A stretch of DNA of 64,000 bases from Candidatus Metaruminococcus gallistercoris (lineage in GTDB: Bacteria; Bacillota; Clostridia; Oscillospirales; Ruminococcaceae). The notes under the pieces are model-generated. The model was not told the DNA's origin. It saw nothing but the letters and a program-made list of their open reading frames with translations, and searched no databases. The stretch spans positions 91,641-155,640 of the forward strand of contig CAJFNQ010000017.1 in assembly GCA_904394975.1 (NCBI GenBank), read 5' to 3'. This document shows, in pieces, positions 36,089-45,135 of the stretch. Position 1 is the stretch's first letter; each line of letters starts with the position of its first letter. Made by a program: the position numbers and the translations under genes.

Positions 36089-36598
36089 TCAGATCAGCAC
36101 AATTGCCAGACCAATGCCCGTCAAAGCACCCAATGAACGAAACAGTTTCCCCTTTTTTTCATGTGCCAGACGCGCCTGGTCTAACTGATGCCGAAATTGG
36201 CTTTCTGTCATTTCCAGTGCGTTTATTTGGCCTTCTAAATCACTTGTCCCAACGATTTCGGCAAGCGAAGCCAATATTTCAAGATCTTCTTTTATCATCG
36301 TGCTGTCCTTAGAAAATGACTGGACCGCTTTTTTCCATGCTAGCGGAAAAGACATACCGGATTTTAGTAAATCGGAAGCAGTCGCAATACAAGACAAGCA
36401 GGAAAGCGTTTCAGTCTCGGCAGACGATCGAATTAAGTCATTCGTAGACATCACGCGATAACGCAAGCTTGTCTTCAATTTATCAATAAAAATCAGACAT
36501 GTTTCTAACTCTTTCGTTCTTTTTTTGAGCCTGTCCGAAAGATACAGTCCAATCATCGCTGATACCAGAAAAACCAGAGTGATCCCTAAAAACTTCAT
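36089..36598 (-). CDS. spoIIIAB: Stage III sporulation protein AB
   Basis: N-terminal TM helix and a GspF-like soluble domain. Operon position fits. Confidence 0.88.
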   Translation of the reverse strand: MKFLGITLVFLVSAMIGLYLSDRLKKRTKELETCLIFIDKLKTSLRYRVMSTNDLIRSSAETETLSCLSCIATASDLLKSGMSFPLAWKKAVQSFSKDSTMIKEDLEILASLAEIVGTSDLEGQINALEMTESQFRHQLDQARLAHEKKGKLFRSLGALTGIGLAIVLI

Positions 36599-37526
36599 CC
36601 CAATTTACAACCTCCCGTATAGTTCCCGGTCTGTCAGCACCATTTAAAAATACCAAACAATCAAATGCACCGGAACGTATTATATTGCGCACGGATGTTC
36701 GCTTTAACAGCTCATCGGTATTTGAGGCGTGCGCCGTAGCAATTACCGAAACACCGGCATTCGCACAATCGTTTAAAACACCGGAATCGCTCGATCCTCC
36801 GATTTCATCGCAGATGATAATATCCGGCGACATACACCGAAGCGCAATTCGGGTTCCGGTTAACTTTGTGTATCCGTCAAACACATCGGTATTCCATCCA
36901 ACGTCATACTGTGGAATGCCTTCATAACACGCCGCGATCTCCCCTCTTTCATCGATCAGTGAAACCTTACGGCTTTTATTAACATCTCCTGAAGACAGTG
37001 CGCGGCAGAGATCCCTGAGAACGGTTGTTTTTCCGGATGCAGGTGGTCCAACAATCAGTGTGTTTCCCACTCCATGAACGCGGTAATGCCTCAAAACGGG
37101 ATCAGCACTGCCTTTTATACAACGAGCAATGCGAAGATTGATATGATCGATTCTTCTCAAATGGGTAATTTTCTCTTTTTCCCAGGCAATATTTCCACAA
37201 AAACCCGCCCTATGTCCGCCTTTTAACGTAATAAATCCACTAAGCAATTCATTCTGTACGCTGTGCAGTGAATAATCACACATGTTTAAAATACAGCGTT
37301 CCAGAAGGTCACGTGAAACTTGAAAACAACTCTCTTTCAAGAAAGGAAAAGTTTGTCCCGTTTCATCAAAAAAAGCAGTTTGTCCATCATTTAAAATTAA
37401 TACCGCAGGGCGTCCCACGTGAATTCGCAGTTCCGTAATCCGCTCTCTCAGTGACAAGTCCAATTTTAAAAGAATCTTGGAAAATTCATCCGGCAATGAT
37501 GATACCGCCTGATCAAATGCAGTCAT
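36483..37526 (-). CDS. spoIIIAA: Stage III sporulation protein AA (secretion-type AAA+ ATPase)
   Basis: Walker A GPPASGKTT and Walker B IIICDEIG. AGAAGGA SD before the ATG at 37526. GTG at 37535 is the alternative start. The 3' tail overlaps spoIIIAB by 116 nt. Confidence 0.9.
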   Translation of the reverse strand: MTAFDQAVSSLPDEFSKILLKLDLSLRERITELRIHVGRPAVLILNDGQTAFFDETGQTFPFLKESCFQVSRDLLERCILNMCDYSLHSVQNELLSGFITLKGGHRAGFCGNIAWEKEKITHLRRIDHINLRIARCIKGSADPVLRHYRVHGVGNTLIVGPPASGKTTVLRDLCRALSSGDVNKSRKVSLIDERGEIAACYEGIPQYDVGWNTDVFDGYTKLTGTRIALRCMSPDIIICDEIGGSSDSGVLNDCANAGVSVIATAHASNTDELLKRTSVRNIIRSGAFDCLVFLNGADRPGTIREVVNWDEVFRDHSGFSGISDDWTVSFGQAQKKNERVRNMSDFY

Positions 37527-37555
37527 GTGTTTCACATCCTTCTAGTGATTGGTAC

Positions 37556-37584
37556 AGTGTATGTTGTGAAACAAAAAAATAGAA
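37556..37584 (-). promoter_or_regulatory. Candidate sigma-E promoter of spoIIIA (TTCTATT-14-CATACACT)
   Basis: The -10 matches CATACAmT at 8/8 positions and the -35 matches at 5/7, with correct spacing and distance to the SD. spoIIIA is sigma-E dependent in Bacillus. Confidence 0.45.
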
Positions 37585-37641
37585 CCATTGGTTTGAAAGC
37601 CAAATGTTTTTGAAAGATTTTTATCTTTTTCCTGCAAATAC

Positions 37642-37670
37642 TTGACAACATAATTGTTATATGTTTAAAT
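37642..37670 (+). promoter_or_regulatory. Sigma-A promoter of the aro leader/operon (TTGACA-17-TTAAAT)
   Basis: Consensus -35, 17-nt spacer, about 28 nt upstream of the leader ATG. Confidence 0.6.
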
Positions 37671-37697
37671 AAAAGAAACTGAAACGGAGGCTCATTC

Positions 37698-37811
37698 ATG
37701 GCAAACGTTAAATTTTTCGTAGCATATTTCTTTTTCTTTTTCCGTGGCTTTTACTTTAGCAACGGCTTTTTTGCTATGAAAAAATTTAATATGCTTCCGA
37801 GTTGTAGGTAA
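37698..37811 (+). CDS. Phe-rich leader peptide (37 aa) of the aro operon
   Basis: GGAGG lies 7 nt upstream of the ATG. The product is MANVKFFVAYFFFFFRGFYFSNGFFAMKKFNMLPSCR, with 12 Phe and 2 Tyr. A terminator hairpin follows. Not in the ORF track because it is under 60 aa. Confidence 0.7.
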   Translation: MANVKFFVAYFFFFFRGFYFSNGFFAMKKFNMLPSCR

Positions 37812-37854
37812 ATTGAACAGTCAGAAATAAAGCAGGCTATGACGCGGAAGTCAT
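37791..37854 (+). promoter_or_regulatory. Candidate antiterminator pairing
   Basis: AUGCUUCCG (37791-37799) is complementary to CGGAAG(U)CAU (37845-37854), which overlaps the terminator loop and the start of its 3' arm. Found by eye, no energy calculation. Confidence 0.35.
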
Positions 37855-37870
37855 GGCCTGCTTTTTTATT
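37830..37870 (+). terminator. Intrinsic terminator (attenuator) between the leader ORF and aroF
   Basis: 14-bp stem AAGCAGGCTATGAC/GTCATGGCCTGCTT (one G-U pair), loop GCGGAA, then TTTTTTATTT. It ends directly before the aroF SD. Confidence 0.8.
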
Positions 37871-37884
37871 TAGGAGGAATCAAA

Positions 37885-38895
37885 ATGGTAGTAATTTTAA
37901 AACAAAACGCCCCCAAACAACAGGTTGATGAGCTGTTAAAGCAGTTTCAGGATTTTGGTTTAAAAACCAACGTAGTTGTCGGCGAGCATACAACAATCGT
38001 AGGTTTAATTGGTGATACATCGGCAGTTGATATTGACAATGTTGCCGCAAACGAGATTGTAGAAAATGTAAAACGTGTGCAGGAACCTTATAAAAATGTA
38101 AACCGAAAATTCCACCCGGATGACAGCGTTATTGATGTAGCCGGTGAAAAAATCGGCCATAACTATTTTAAAGTTATGGCTGGTCCCTGCTCAGTCGAAA
38201 GCGAAGAACAGATCATTGAAGTAGCGAAACGCGTAAAAGCAGCCGGCGCCAAATTCCTTCGAGGAGGCGCGTTCAAACCCCGTACCTCTCCCTATTCTTT
38301 CCAAGGCTTGCGCGGAGACGGAATCGAGTTGCTTCTTGAGGCCAAAAAAGCCACTGGACTGCCAATTGTTACCGAAATCATGTCTCTTCAGCATCTCGAC
38401 TTGTTTAACGACGTAGATGTAATTCAGGTCGGCGCCCGCAACATGCAAAACTTTGAATTATTAAAAGAACTTGGTCACTCGAAAAAAACCATTCTTTTAA
38501 AACGCGGACTTGCCAACACCATTGAAGAATTTTTAATGAGCGCAGAGTACATTTATGCGGGAGGAAATTCCAACATTATCCTTTGCGAACGCGGAATTCG
38601 AACTTTTGAAACCATGACCCGCAACACATTGGATCTTTCCGCAGTTGCGCTAATCAAACGCATTTCTCACCTTCCGGTTATTGTGGACCCATCTCACGCA
38701 ACCGGCATTGTCACTTTGGTTGAACCAATGGCACTGGCCGGAGTAGCTGCCGGAGCAGACGGTTTGATGATCGAGGTTCACAACAATCCCCGGAAAGCGC
38801 TTTCTGACGGCGCACAGTCCATGACACCGGAAGCATTTGATGAAACCATGCAAAAGGTAAAGAAATTAGCTGAATTCTTCGGAAAAACACTGTAA
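37885..38895 (+). CDS. aroF: 3-deoxy-7-phosphoheptulonate (DAHP) synthase, type I-beta with an N-terminal ferredoxin-like regulatory domain
   Basis: The KDSA-like barrel starts at AGPCSVES. The N-terminal ~65 aa (MVVILKQNAPKQQVDELL...) resemble the Thermotoga-type regulatory domain. Confidence 0.93.
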   Translation: MVVILKQNAPKQQVDELLKQFQDFGLKTNVVVGEHTTIVGLIGDTSAVDIDNVAANEIVENVKRVQEPYKNVNRKFHPDDSVIDVAGEKIGHNYFKVMAGPCSVESEEQIIEVAKRVKAAGAKFLRGGAFKPRTSPYSFQGLRGDGIELLLEAKKATGLPIVTEIMSLQHLDLFNDVDVIQVGARNMQNFELLKELGHSKKTILLKRGLANTIEEFLMSAEYIYAGGNSNIILCERGIRTFETMTRNTLDLSAVALIKRISHLPVIVDPSHATGIVTLVEPMALAGVAAGADGLMIEVHNNPRKALSDGAQSMTPEAFDETMQKVKKLAEFFGKTL

Positions 38896-38905
38896 TAATA
38901 GCAGG

Positions 38906-39976
38906 ATGGCCAATATGAATAAAATTACTGTCAACGCCGGAAATGTATATGATGTTATAACCGGAACCCATATTTTAGATTCAGTCAGCGAACAAACGAA
39001 AAAAGTTTCCGCCGCAAAACGAATAGCCGTCATCACCGATGATCATGTGGCTCCGTTATATGCGCAAACGGTTTTAAATTCACTGAATCAGCACGGATAT
39101 CAGTCAGCACTGTGCATAATACCGCATGGAGAAGCGTCGAAATCGATGCAGCAGCTGCAACAGCTTTACGACTTTTTATGTGAACATAAAATTACCCGAA
39201 ACGATGCTCTGATTGCACTTGGCGGCGGAGTTGTAGGTGATCTTACCGGGTTTTGCGCTGCTACTTATATGCGCGGAATTGATTATATTCAAATTCCAAC
39301 GACCTTTTTAGCTCAGATTGATTCTTCGGTCGGCGGAAAAACCGCAATTAATATTCCGGGCGGAAAAAATCTGGTCGGCGCATTTAAACAACCGAAAGTT
39401 GTTCTGTGTGATATGAGCACGCTTTCTACCCTTTCGGCTGAACATTTTGCCGAAGGTACGGCAGAGGCGATCAAATATGGAATGATTCGTGATAAATGGA
39501 TTTTTGAAGTCATCGAATCTGGGCAATTAAATGAACGGCTCGAGGATGTAATCCGGCGCTGTATTGAAATCAAAGCACTCATTGTCGAAAAAGATGAGTT
39601 TGATACCGGAGAACGAATGCTATTAAACTTCGGCCATACATTCGGGCACGCCATTGAAAAGCATTATAACTTTACAACTTATTCACACGGTATGGCGGTA
39701 GCCGTCGGAATGGCAAAGATTACGGCATTATCAGAACAGTACGGCATCACACATAGTGGAACAACCAAACGTCTGATTCATTGCTTAAAAAAGAATCATC
39801 TCCCGATTGAAGCGGAAATTGACAACGAGCACCTAATCGAATATAGTCTGATGGACAAAAAAGCTGGAGCCGATAATATTCACATTGTACTTGTAAAGGA
39901 TATCGGCGAAAGTTTTATTCAACTCTTGTCGCGGGATGAGTACATTTCATTTGTTGAGGGAGATTACAAAGCATGA
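38906..39976 (+). CDS. aroB: 3-dehydroquinate synthase
   Basis: GGGVVGDLTGFCAATYMRGI, SSVGGKTAIN and NFGHTFGHAIE motifs. Confidence 0.95.
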   Translation: MANMNKITVNAGNVYDVITGTHILDSVSEQTKKVSAAKRIAVITDDHVAPLYAQTVLNSLNQHGYQSALCIIPHGEASKSMQQLQQLYDFLCEHKITRNDALIALGGGVVGDLTGFCAATYMRGIDYIQIPTTFLAQIDSSVGGKTAINIPGGKNLVGAFKQPKVVLCDMSTLSTLSAEHFAEGTAEAIKYGMIRDKWIFEVIESGQLNERLEDVIRRCIEIKALIVEKDEFDTGERMLLNFGHTFGHAIEKHYNFTTYSHGMAVAVGMAKITALSEQYGITHSGTTKRLIHCLKKNHLPIEAEIDNEHLIEYSLMDKKAGADNIHIVLVKDIGESFIQLLSRDEYISFVEGDYKA

Positions 39977-41256
39977 ATTTGTTGTTTTCGCCTTCTCATT
40001 TACATGGAACCATACAGGCTGTCCCCTCCAAAAGCGCCTCACACCGCGCAATCATTTGTGCGGCATTGGCCAATGGAACCAGCCGTATTGATAATATAAT
40101 TTTTTCGAAAGATATTTATGCAACGATTGAATGCTTAAAAGCGCTGGGAGCTCAAGTAATTTGCGAAGAAAATGCTGTTGTTGTTACCGGAGTGAGCCAG
40201 CCTTCTTCCAGCCCAACATTACCATGCTGTGAATCAGGTTCAACCCTTCGCTTTTTGATCCCCGTAGCCGCAGTGCTTGGGTGTAACGCCCAATTTACCG
40301 GTGAAGGACGGCTTCCAAGCCGTCCGATCACACCGTATCTTGACTCGTTGCCCGCGCAAGGTATTGCGTTTGACTATCATAACACCATGCCTTTTTCCAT
40401 AAGCGGGCAGTTAAAAAGCGGTATTTTTACCATTCCCGGAAACATCAGCTCACAATTTATCACTGGTTTGATGTTTGCCCTGCCCCTTTGTTCCGGTGAC
40501 AGCGAAATCATAGTGACCGGAGAATTTGAATCCCGTCCATACGTTCAAATGACCGCGGATATGCTTGAAAAATTTGGGATTTACATTGATGTCAACGATA
40601 ATCATATCAACATTAAAGGAAGCCAAACCTATTCGCCCGCTAATATTACTGTTGAAGGCGATTTTTCACAAGCTGCCTTTTTTCTGGTTGCAGGCGCTAT
40701 TGGAACCAGTCCGATTACAGTGAATGGGTTAGACTATAACCATACCTCACAGGGTGACCGCATGATCATAGATCTGCTGAAACAATGCGGCGCTGATGTT
40801 TTGGTAACACCTTCATCCGTTACGGTTTCCCCTGCCGCAAAAAAACTCATGCCTTTTTCCGCAGATGTGCGGGATATACCGGATTTGGTTCCAATCATGG
40901 CCATACTCGCCGCTCGCTGTGACGGCACATCAAATATTCATCACGCACAGCGGCTGAAATTAAAAGAAAGCGACCGTCTGCAAGCGGTTGCTGATCTGCT
41001 TCATGCAATCGGCGGACAAGCCGACGCACGAGAGGATGGGCTGACAATTCAGGGAACTGCTTTCCGTTCCGGAACAGTATCCAGCATGAACGATCACAGG
41101 ATCGCAATGGCCGCAGCCGTTGCCTCTACCGTGTCCTCAGGCGATACCACGTTGCTGCAAGCGGAAGCAGTTGAAAAATCATACCCCGGATTTTACCGGG
41201 ATTATCAAACTTTGGGAGGAATCTGTCGTGTCATCGACGTGGAACAGAACACTTAA
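39973..41256 (+). CDS. aroA: 3-phosphoshikimate 1-carboxyvinyltransferase (EPSP synthase)
   Basis: PSKSASHRA, LKESDR and DHRIAMAAAV motifs. The start overlaps the aroB stop by 4 nt. Confidence 0.95.
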   Translation: MNLLFSPSHLHGTIQAVPSKSASHRAIICAALANGTSRIDNIIFSKDIYATIECLKALGAQVICEENAVVVTGVSQPSSSPTLPCCESGSTLRFLIPVAAVLGCNAQFTGEGRLPSRPITPYLDSLPAQGIAFDYHNTMPFSISGQLKSGIFTIPGNISSQFITGLMFALPLCSGDSEIIVTGEFESRPYVQMTADMLEKFGIYIDVNDNHINIKGSQTYSPANITVEGDFSQAAFFLVAGAIGTSPITVNGLDYNHTSQGDRMIIDLLKQCGADVLVTPSSVTVSPAAKKLMPFSADVRDIPDLVPIMAILAARCDGTSNIHHAQRLKLKESDRLQAVADLLHAIGGQADAREDGLTIQGTAFRSGTVSSMNDHRIAMAAAVASTVSSGDTTLLQAEAVEKSYPGFYRDYQTLGGICRVIDVEQNT

Positions 41257-42325
41257 ACTATCCATTTTCGGCGAATCACACGGAAAAGCAATCGGAATGG
41301 TTTTGGATAACCTTCCCGCCGGTGAAGCGATTGACCTGGACGAACTTCACGCATTCACCCGTCGCCGTATTGCCAAAAAAGGAGATACCACCACGACGGC
41401 TCGCGCGGAAGCTGACTTGGCCGAACTGGTTTCAGGTTATTATAACGGTGTAACAACCGGCACGCCGCTCACCGGAATCATTCAAAATACCGATACACGC
41501 TCCAAGGACTATGGCGAAATGCAACATCTTGCTCGACCCGGACACGCGGATTACACAGGATATTTGCGTTATCATGGTTTTAACGATATTCGCGGAGGAG
41601 GACATTTCTCCGGGCGGCTGACCGCTCCTTTGGTTCTAGCAGGTGGTATATGCAAACAAATTTTGGAACGCCGCGGAGTGTATGTCGCTTCTCACATATT
41701 GTCCATCCGAGACACATCGGATCAAACATTTTGTCCAACAAATATTTCCTTAGAACTGGTGAAATCGTTGCAAACAAGCGCATTTCCGGTAATTGATCCA
41801 AATTGCGAACAGGAAATGCGCCGTGTCATTGACGAAGCTCGTCTTGCACAGGATTCTGTGGGCGGTGTCATCGAGTGCTGTGTCATTGGACTTCCTGCGG
41901 GTGTCGGCTCCCCTATATTTGACGGAATTGAAAATGTAATTTCGTCTATTGTTTTCGGAATCCCGGCAGTAAAAGGGATCGAATTCGGCGACGGCTTCGC
42001 GAGCACACATCGTTTTGGCAGCGAAAACAACGATTCCTTCTATACTGAAGATGATATTGTAAAAACTAAAAGCAACCACAACGGAGGAATTTTAGGAGGA
42101 ATATCCTCCGGCATGCCTATTATTTTCCGAACGGCAATCAAACCAACATCTTCTATTTCACAGCCGCAGCAAACAATCGATTACAAAACATTGGAAAACA
42201 CAACAATCGAAGTACGCGGAAGGCACGACCCATGCATCGCCGTTCGTGCTGCTGTTGTGGTTGAAGCAGCTACAAATCTTGCAATTCTTGATTTGATGAT
42301 CGAACACGGAATAATCAAGCTGTAA
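41228..42325 (+). CDS. aroC: Chorismate synthase
   Basis: LKLSIFGESHG, GRLTAP and RHDPC motifs. GGGAGGA SD before the GTG at 41228. The ORF track's earlier start at 41120 lies inside aroA. Confidence 0.92.
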   Translation: MSSTWNRTLKLSIFGESHGKAIGMVLDNLPAGEAIDLDELHAFTRRRIAKKGDTTTTARAEADLAELVSGYYNGVTTGTPLTGIIQNTDTRSKDYGEMQHLARPGHADYTGYLRYHGFNDIRGGGHFSGRLTAPLVLAGGICKQILERRGVYVASHILSIRDTSDQTFCPTNISLELVKSLQTSAFPVIDPNCEQEMRRVIDEARLAQDSVGGVIECCVIGLPAGVGSPIFDGIENVISSIVFGIPAVKGIEFGDGFASTHRFGSENNDSFYTEDDIVKTKSNHNGGILGGISSGMPIIFRTAIKPTSSISQPQQTIDYKTLENTTIEVRGRHDPCIAVRAAVVVEAATNLAILDLMIEHGIIKL

Positions 42326-42383
42326 CAGGAATTTGTTTCTTTTCATTCTTAAATTTATAAGTAAATTTTATTTAAGCCAAAAG

Positions 42384-42416
42384 AAAAGCAGTCCGTTAAA
42401 AACGGACTGCTTTTTT
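42384..42416. terminator. Bidirectional intrinsic terminator (aroC / yebC)
   Basis: AAAAGCAGTCCGTT-AAA-AACGGACTGCTTTT. Confidence 0.88.
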
Positions 42417-42434
42417 AAAACATAATTCTTAAAA

Positions 42435-43175
42435 TTATTCTTCCTCTTCTTCCGGCATATCCCAGTTGTGATACACGTTCTGAACATCATCGTTATCTTC
42501 CAGATGTTCCAGAAGCAAGTTCATTTTCAGAATATGATCCGGATCCGTTAAAGTAACATAGGTAGATGGAACCATTTCAATATCAGCAGAAACAAATTCA
42601 TAACCCATCTGTTCCAAGCTATCGCGAACTTCGCGAAAGTTCGCCGGGTCAACCGTAATCTCTACTTCATCCTCATCAATGTTATAGTCATCAGCGCCTG
42701 ATTCCATGATATCTTCCATCAGCTTTTCTTCATCTGTAAAGGTATTATCCATAAGAATAATGCCTTTTTCGGAAAACATAAAGGAAACACAACCGGAAGT
42801 ACCAAGATTTCCACCGAATTTATCAAAATAATGACGAACATCAGAAGCGGTACGGTTACGGTTATCGGTTAACGCTTCCACAATAACCGCTACGCCGTTA
42901 GGGCCGTAGCCCTCATAAACAATGCTTTCGTACTCATTTTTATCGCCGCTTCCAGCAGCTTTTTTAATAATACGGTCAATATTATCATTCGGAACATTGT
43001 TGGATTTTGCTTTGGAAATCAAATCGCGAAGCTTGCCGTTTGAATTCGGATCAGCTCCACCTTCTTTTACAGCAACAGCGATTTCACGCCCGATTTTAGT
43101 AAAAACCTTTGCTTTCTGCGCATCTGTTTTTTCTTTTTTACGCTTAATATTGTTCCATTTCGAATGCCCAGACAT
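42435..43175 (-). CDS. yebC: YebC/PmpR-family DNA-binding transcriptional regulator
   Basis: MSGHSKWNNIKRKKEKTDAQKAK is the family signature. Confidence 0.95.
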   Translation of the reverse strand: MSGHSKWNNIKRKKEKTDAQKAKVFTKIGREIAVAVKEGGADPNSNGKLRDLISKAKSNNVPNDNIDRIIKKAAGSGDKNEYESIVYEGYGPNGVAVIVEALTDNRNRTASDVRHYFDKFGGNLGTSGCVSFMFSEKGIILMDNTFTDEEKLMEDIMESGADDYNIDEDEVEITVDPANFREVRDSLEQMGYEFVSADIEMVPSTYVTLTDPDHILKMNLLLEHLEDNDDVQNVYHNWDMPEEEEE

Positions 43176-43230
43176 AAATTACTTCCTTCCTATCTCAATC
43201 ATACTTTTCTATTTTACACCAAAAAGTTAT

Positions 43231-43890
43231 TTAATTCAAGATGTCTAAAATAGCAAGCAGATCAGTTGGATGATTGATAATATAATCTGCCCCGGCATGC
43301 TCCAGCTCATCAATTCCGCGGAATCCCCACGCGGCACCCGCAATAGGAATTTCTGCATTATGCGCAAACAATACGTCAACATCAGAATCGCCGCAATAGA
43401 AGCAATTCTCCGGTTTCATATGCAATGCTTCCATACAGTGTACCAAGGCATCCGGCGCCGGCTTTTTGGGAACGTCATCCGTTGCTCCTGAAATATAATC
43501 GAAATCAATCTCAGGAAAAAGCGTTTCTACAATGGTATGCACAAAAGAATCCGGCTTATTGCTGATAACCGCCAGTTTAAAGTGCTCATCCTGTAAACGC
43601 TCAAGGACTTCCGAAATCATTTCGTACGGCTTTGTTTGATTACAATAGCACTGGTTGTAGTACTTTTCAAATATGCGGCATCCTTCCGCAATATTTTTTT
43701 CGGTTCTCTGTTCCGGCGGAAGCGCGCGTTCAAACAATACTTTTACACCGCTTCCAACAAAATGACGATATTCATTTACATCATGCTGCGGAAAACCTAA
43801 TTCACTCAGTGCATGATTGGATGCATCCGCCAAATCGGCGAGAGAATTTACCAATGTGCCATCCAAATCAAACGCAATGCATTTTATCAT
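43231..43890 (-). CDS. HAD-superfamily hydrolase (phosphoglycolate phosphatase-like)
   Basis: FDLDGTLVNS motif I, SNK motif II, GDSDVD motif IV. Confidence 0.85.
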   Translation of the reverse strand: MIKCIAFDLDGTLVNSLADLADASNHALSELGFPQHDVNEYRHFVGSGVKVLFERALPPEQRTEKNIAEGCRIFEKYYNQCYCNQTKPYEMISEVLERLQDEHFKLAVISNKPDSFVHTIVETLFPEIDFDYISGATDDVPKKPAPDALVHCMEALHMKPENCFYCGDSDVDVLFAHNAEIPIAGAAWGFRGIDELEHAGADYIINHPTDLLAILDILN

Positions 43891-43905
43891 GTCAATTACC
43901 TTATC

Positions 43906-45111
43906 TTATCCAAGAAAAGCATCGTGAACCACGCGCAACGCTTTTTCACTTTCTTCTTTGTCGATCAATACCGAGATTTTAATTTCACTGGTCGAAATCA
44001 TGTTAATATTGATTCCGGCTTCAAAGAGAGCCTCAAACATTGTCGTTGCAACCCCTGCGTTGGTCTGCATACCCGCGCCAACAATAGAAAGTTTACAAAC
44101 ATTATCATTCAGCTCAATTGCCTGTGCCTCAAGTGCCTGTTTATTTTCTTCCAATACCTTTACGGCAAGATCTTTATGATCAGAAGAAACAGTAAAGCTG
44201 ATATCTTTTGTACCATCACGACCAATCGACTGAAGAATAATGTCAACATTGATATTATTCTTGCTCATAAGAGAAAATACTTTAAACGCAATGCCCGGCT
44301 TATCCGGAAGACCGATTACAGCAATTCTTGCAACATTATTGTCACGTGTAACGCCTCGAATCAACATTTTTTCCACAGGAATGACCTCCTTAACCTTTGT
44401 ACCCGGTTTTTTCTCCAGACTGGACAATACTTCAAGATTCACGTTATACTTTTTGGCCATTTCAACCGAACGATTGTGAAGAACCTGTGCACCAAGTGTG
44501 GCCAACTCAAGCATTTCGTCAAATGAAATTTCATCAAGTTTCTTCGCTGTTTTAACGATTCGCGGATCAGCTGTATAAACGCCGTCTACATCCGTATAGA
44601 TCTGGCAAAGATCTGCTTTTAACGCCGCCGCAAGAGCAACAGCACTCGTATCGGAACCGCCACGGCCAAGCGTAGTGATATCACCATAGCGCGAAAGCCC
44701 CTGGAAGCCGGCAACAATTACAATGTTGTTTTTATCCAGTTCTTTATGCAGCCTTTCACCTTCGATTCTGCGAATTCTCGCAGAGGAATGAGCGGATGTC
44801 GTTTCAAATCCAGCCTGCCACCCTGTAAGCGAAACAACCGGATAACCAAGCTTTTCAATTGCCATGGCCAGCAAAGAAATGGAAATTTGTTCCCCTGTTG
44901 CCAGAAGCATATCCATTTCACGCTTGGATGGATTTTCGTTGATCTCTTTTGCTTTTTCAATCAGATCATCCGTCGTGTCACCCTGTGCAGAAACAACAAC
45001 CACAACCTGATTACCAGCTTTGTAGGTATCTGTTACAATATGGGCTACGTTCATGACACGCTCAGCATCCCTAACAGATGTACCTCCAAATTTTTGTACA
45101 ATTAGCGCCAT
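43906..45111 (-). CDS. lysC: Aspartate kinase
   Basis: MALIVQKFGGTSV N-terminus and two C-terminal ACT domains. GGAGGG SD before the ATG at 45111. Confidence 0.94.
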   Translation of the reverse strand: MALIVQKFGGTSVRDAERVMNVAHIVTDTYKAGNQVVVVVSAQGDTTDDLIEKAKEINENPSKREMDMLLATGEQISISLLAMAIEKLGYPVVSLTGWQAGFETTSAHSSARIRRIEGERLHKELDKNNIVIVAGFQGLSRYGDITTLGRGGSDTSAVALAAALKADLCQIYTDVDGVYTADPRIVKTAKKLDEISFDEMLELATLGAQVLHNRSVEMAKKYNVNLEVLSSLEKKPGTKVKEVIPVEKMLIRGVTRDNNVARIAVIGLPDKPGIAFKVFSLMSKNNINVDIILQSIGRDGTKDISFTVSSDHKDLAVKVLEENKQALEAQAIELNDNVCKLSIVGAGMQTNAGVATTMFEALFEAGININMISTSEIKISVLIDKEESEKALRVVHDAFLG

Positions 45112-45135
45112 TGGCTTGTACCCTCCTCTTAACAT

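Noticed and set aside
43813-44526. 237-aa plus-strand ORF
   Set aside because: It is antisense to aspartate kinase and the HAD gene junction. It has no motifs and a low-complexity Asn/Phe/Ile-rich translation.
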